This document shows positions 62,194 to 64,000 of a DNA stretch of 64,000 nucleotides, in pieces (position 1 is the stretch's first letter; each line of letters starts with the position of its first letter). The position numbers were made by a program, and so were the translations under genes. Source of the DNA: Phycisphaeraceae bacterium (GTDB lineage: Bacteria; Planctomycetota; Phycisphaerae; Phycisphaerales; Phycisphaeraceae). A model generated the notes under the pieces. The model did no database searches. It saw only the letters and a list, made by a program, of their open reading frames with translations, and was not told the origin of the DNA. The stretch covers positions 479 through 64,478 of the forward strand of contig JBBDRN010000043.1 in NCBI GenBank assembly GCA_040905445.1, in the 5' to 3' direction.

Positions 62194-63068
62194 GGGTTCG
62201 TGCCCCCCTTCCCGGCGGCGGTGCGCAGGCGCGAGAGAAGGCTGGAGAGGGAATCGCGGGCGCGATCGACGAGGTGCTCGCTGTTGTCGCCGCCGAGCTC
62301 CGGGTCATAGGCGTGGGCGTCGTGCTCGGCGCTGAAGCGGTCGAGCGTGCGGGAAAAGCTGCGGCCGTGGTGGGCGGCGGTGACGGCCTGGAGCAGGTCG
62401 GCGACCTCGTCGGGCTCGTCGACGTTGGCGAGCGTGCGCAGGCCGGCCGCGGAGTCGCCGACGACGAGGATGCGCGGGCCGACGCGGACGAGCAGGATGT
62501 GGTTGCGCGGCGCGACGGCCGTGCGGGAGAGAACCTCGACGACGGGGCTGTGGCCGGCCGCGGCGGGTTGGCCGCCGACTTTCTGCCACGCCCAGCGGAT
62601 GGCGAGGATGAGGCCGATGACGACCGCCAGCGATCCGAGCGTGTTGAGCATCCACGACCCATCGGTCGCCGAGCCGGCGGGCACGTCGTCGCCGGGGCCG
62701 AGTGGGCGGGTCTCGCTGGCGGGGGTGCCGAGCGGCTCGTCGTCGCGCGAAGGATGGGCGGCAGCGGTATCGCCTTCAGACGCGGTAGCCGTGGTGGTGT
62801 CGGGGGCGGGGGTGTTGAGGCGGGCGAGCGAGGCGGTGTCGCGGTCGGCGGGTGCGGCGGGGGACGCGGGGGGATTGGGAGTGGCGGCGGCCGCGGAGGT
62901 GGCGGGGATGGCGGGGATGGCGGGGGTGCGGAGCTCGATGGCTCGCTCGTTGGAGAGCGCGGCCGGGGCCGCGGGCGGCGTCGACGCGGCGCTGGTGGCG
63001 GGGGCGGGGCTGGCGATCAGCGGCAGGGCCAAGGCGACGGCGGCGGCGGCCTGGCGGAGGATGCGCAT
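62190..63068 (-). CDS. FliO-like flagellar protein with long Pro/Ala/Thr-rich N-terminal region (tentative; start uncertain)
   Basis: Single TM LGSLAVVIGLILAIRWAWQKV, then VEVLSRTAVAPRNHILLVRVGPRILVVG as in FliO. 4-nt overlap with the fliP start. Confidence 0.5.
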   Translation of the reverse strand: MRILRQAAAAVALALPLIASPAPATSAASTPPAAPAALSNERAIELRTPAIPAIPATSAAAATPNPPASPAAPADRDTASLARLNTPAPDTTTATASEGDTAAAHPSRDDEPLGTPASETRPLGPGDDVPAGSATDGSWMLNTLGSLAVVIGLILAIRWAWQKVGGQPAAAGHSPVVEVLSRTAVAPRNHILLVRVGPRILVVGDSAAGLRTLANVDEPDEVADLLQAVTAAHHGRSFSRTLDRFSAEHDAHAYDPELGGDNSEHLVDRARDSLSSLLSRLRTAAGKGGTNP

Positions 63069-63301
63069 CGACCGGGGCCGCCCGGCGGCGGCGCGCGGGC
63101 TGACCGGCGCGCGGGAGTGCGAGCGCGGGACAGGGGCCGGATTTGTTGCCGCGGTCGCCGTTGCCGGCGTGGAACGCGTGCTGGGTGGTCGCACCTTCGG
63201 GCCCTCCATGGCCACTGGATTGTCGCCGGCGCATCCTGCGCCGCCCCCGCCCCTTCCGTTTCCCCCGCAATGCAATGCCGCTCGCCACAACAGTGCGCCG
63301 G

Positions 63302-63925
63302 CTACTCGGCCTTCGCGTCGCCGCCGGACTCCGCGGCAGGCTTCGCCCGGGCCTCCTCGCCAACCCCGGCACCAGCGCCACCCCCACCACTCGTGCCGGC
63401 GCCATCGCTCGCAACGGCGGCGACGGGCTGGGCGGGTTCGCCCGGGTGGGTGCCGGCGAGCGCCTGGGCCTCCTCTTCGAGGTCGGCGAGGACTTCGCTG
63501 ATCCGGATGCAGAAATTGTCGTTGAGGACGAGGACCTCGCCGCGGGCGACGAGTCGGCCGTTGACGCGCACGTCGACCGGGTCGCCGGCAAGCTTGTCGA
63601 GCTCGACGACGCTGCCGGAGGCGAGCTTGAGCACATCCTCGACAAGCATCTCGGTGCGGCCGAGCTCGATGACAACGTCGAGATCGACATCGCCAAGCAG
63701 GTCGATGCCCCCCGCCACTCCCGCCACTCCCGCCACATCCGCGACGTCCGTGCCAGCCTCCGGCACGACGTCGGCGACAGCGTCGGCGAGCTCGCGCATC
63801 GAAGCCTCGGTCGCGTCAAGCACCTGGTCGACGTTGGCGGCGGGGTCGGGCTGAGCTGCGGCGTCCGGTGTGCCGGGGTCGCGGGGCGCATCGCCCGCTT
63901 CAGATTCTGGCTTCTGCTCTGCCAT
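63302..63925 (-). CDS. fliN: flagellar motor switch protein FliN/FliY (SpoA domain)
   Basis: C-terminal [58 protein letters not shown]. Confidence 0.85.
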   Translation of the reverse strand: MAEQKPESEAGDAPRDPGTPDAAAQPDPAANVDQVLDATEASMRELADAVADVVPEAGTDVADVAGVAGVAGGIDLLGDVDLDVVIELGRTEMLVEDVLKLASGSVVELDKLAGDPVDVRVNGRLVARGEVLVLNDNFCIRISEVLADLEEEAQALAGTHPGEPAQPVAAVASDGAGTSGGGGAGAGVGEEARAKPAAESGGDAKAE

Positions 63926-63948
63926 GAGCACCTTTCAGACTTCCATGT

Positions 63949-64000
63949 CTACATGTCGCCGCGGAAGCGTGTCAACTGCCCGATCAAGGCGTCGCGCACG
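63949..64000 (-). CDS. 3' end of an upstream minus-strand gene (possibly fliM), cut by window edge
   Basis: Open frame ...VRDALIGQLTRFRGDM-stop ending about 63949. Only 17 codons are visible; identity not supported. Confidence 0.25.
   Translation of the reverse strand, partial: VRDALIGQLTRFRGDM

Overview
Very GC-rich (roughly 70% by eye, not computed) bacterial chromosomal segment. All calls come from reading the ORF translations and the DNA; no homology search or HMM was run. The PEP-CTERM plus dockerin-like exoproteins, lipoprotein-rich envelope genes and gene content suggest Planctomycetota (Phycisphaerae-like), which is inference only. About 50 protein genes are supported. From 5' to 3' they are: mdh (5' truncated); a secreted hypothetical; a VOC-family enzyme; amt-glnK; a 1002-aa secreted HEAT-like protein; five tandem PEP-CTERM exoprotein genes (9.4-18.5 kb); an LptD-like outer-membrane protein overlapped by a PmtA-like methyltransferase; thiS-thiG; a LapA-like membrane protein; a glycosyltransferase fusion with a CapK/F390-synthetase-like ligase; a VanX-like dipeptidase; a six-gene lipoprotein or secreted-protein cluster (29.4-35.5 kb); DinB; an FAD-linked oxidase; a FeeM-like N-acyl amino acid synthase with a methyltransferase; a small Cys-rich ORF and a Ser/Thr kinase; DUF58; tatD; purB; an ECF sigma/anti-sigma pair; comEC; a thioredoxin-fold DUF255 protein; and a flagellar export block flhG-flhF-flhA-(four-helix-bundle gene)-flhB-fliR-fliQ-fliP-fliO-like-fliN, all on the minus strand. 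No rRNA, tRNA, CRISPR array, transposase or integrase was recognised. The most unusual feature is a set of short word repeats: heptamers (ATTTCGG, ATTTCTG, AATTCAG), a nonamer (GGTGGCGGG), and the words AACCGCGAAGG, CACAGAGAC, GATGAACAC, GGAAGTCAGG and CTGACAAG. They form inverted pairs at gene junctions, fill every junction of the flagellar export operon, bracket the four-helix-bundle gene, and also sit in frame inside coding regions (FlhG linker, DUF58, LptD-like, FliN and others). Many long ORFs in the track are antisense or out-of-frame artefacts of the high GC content and were rejected.
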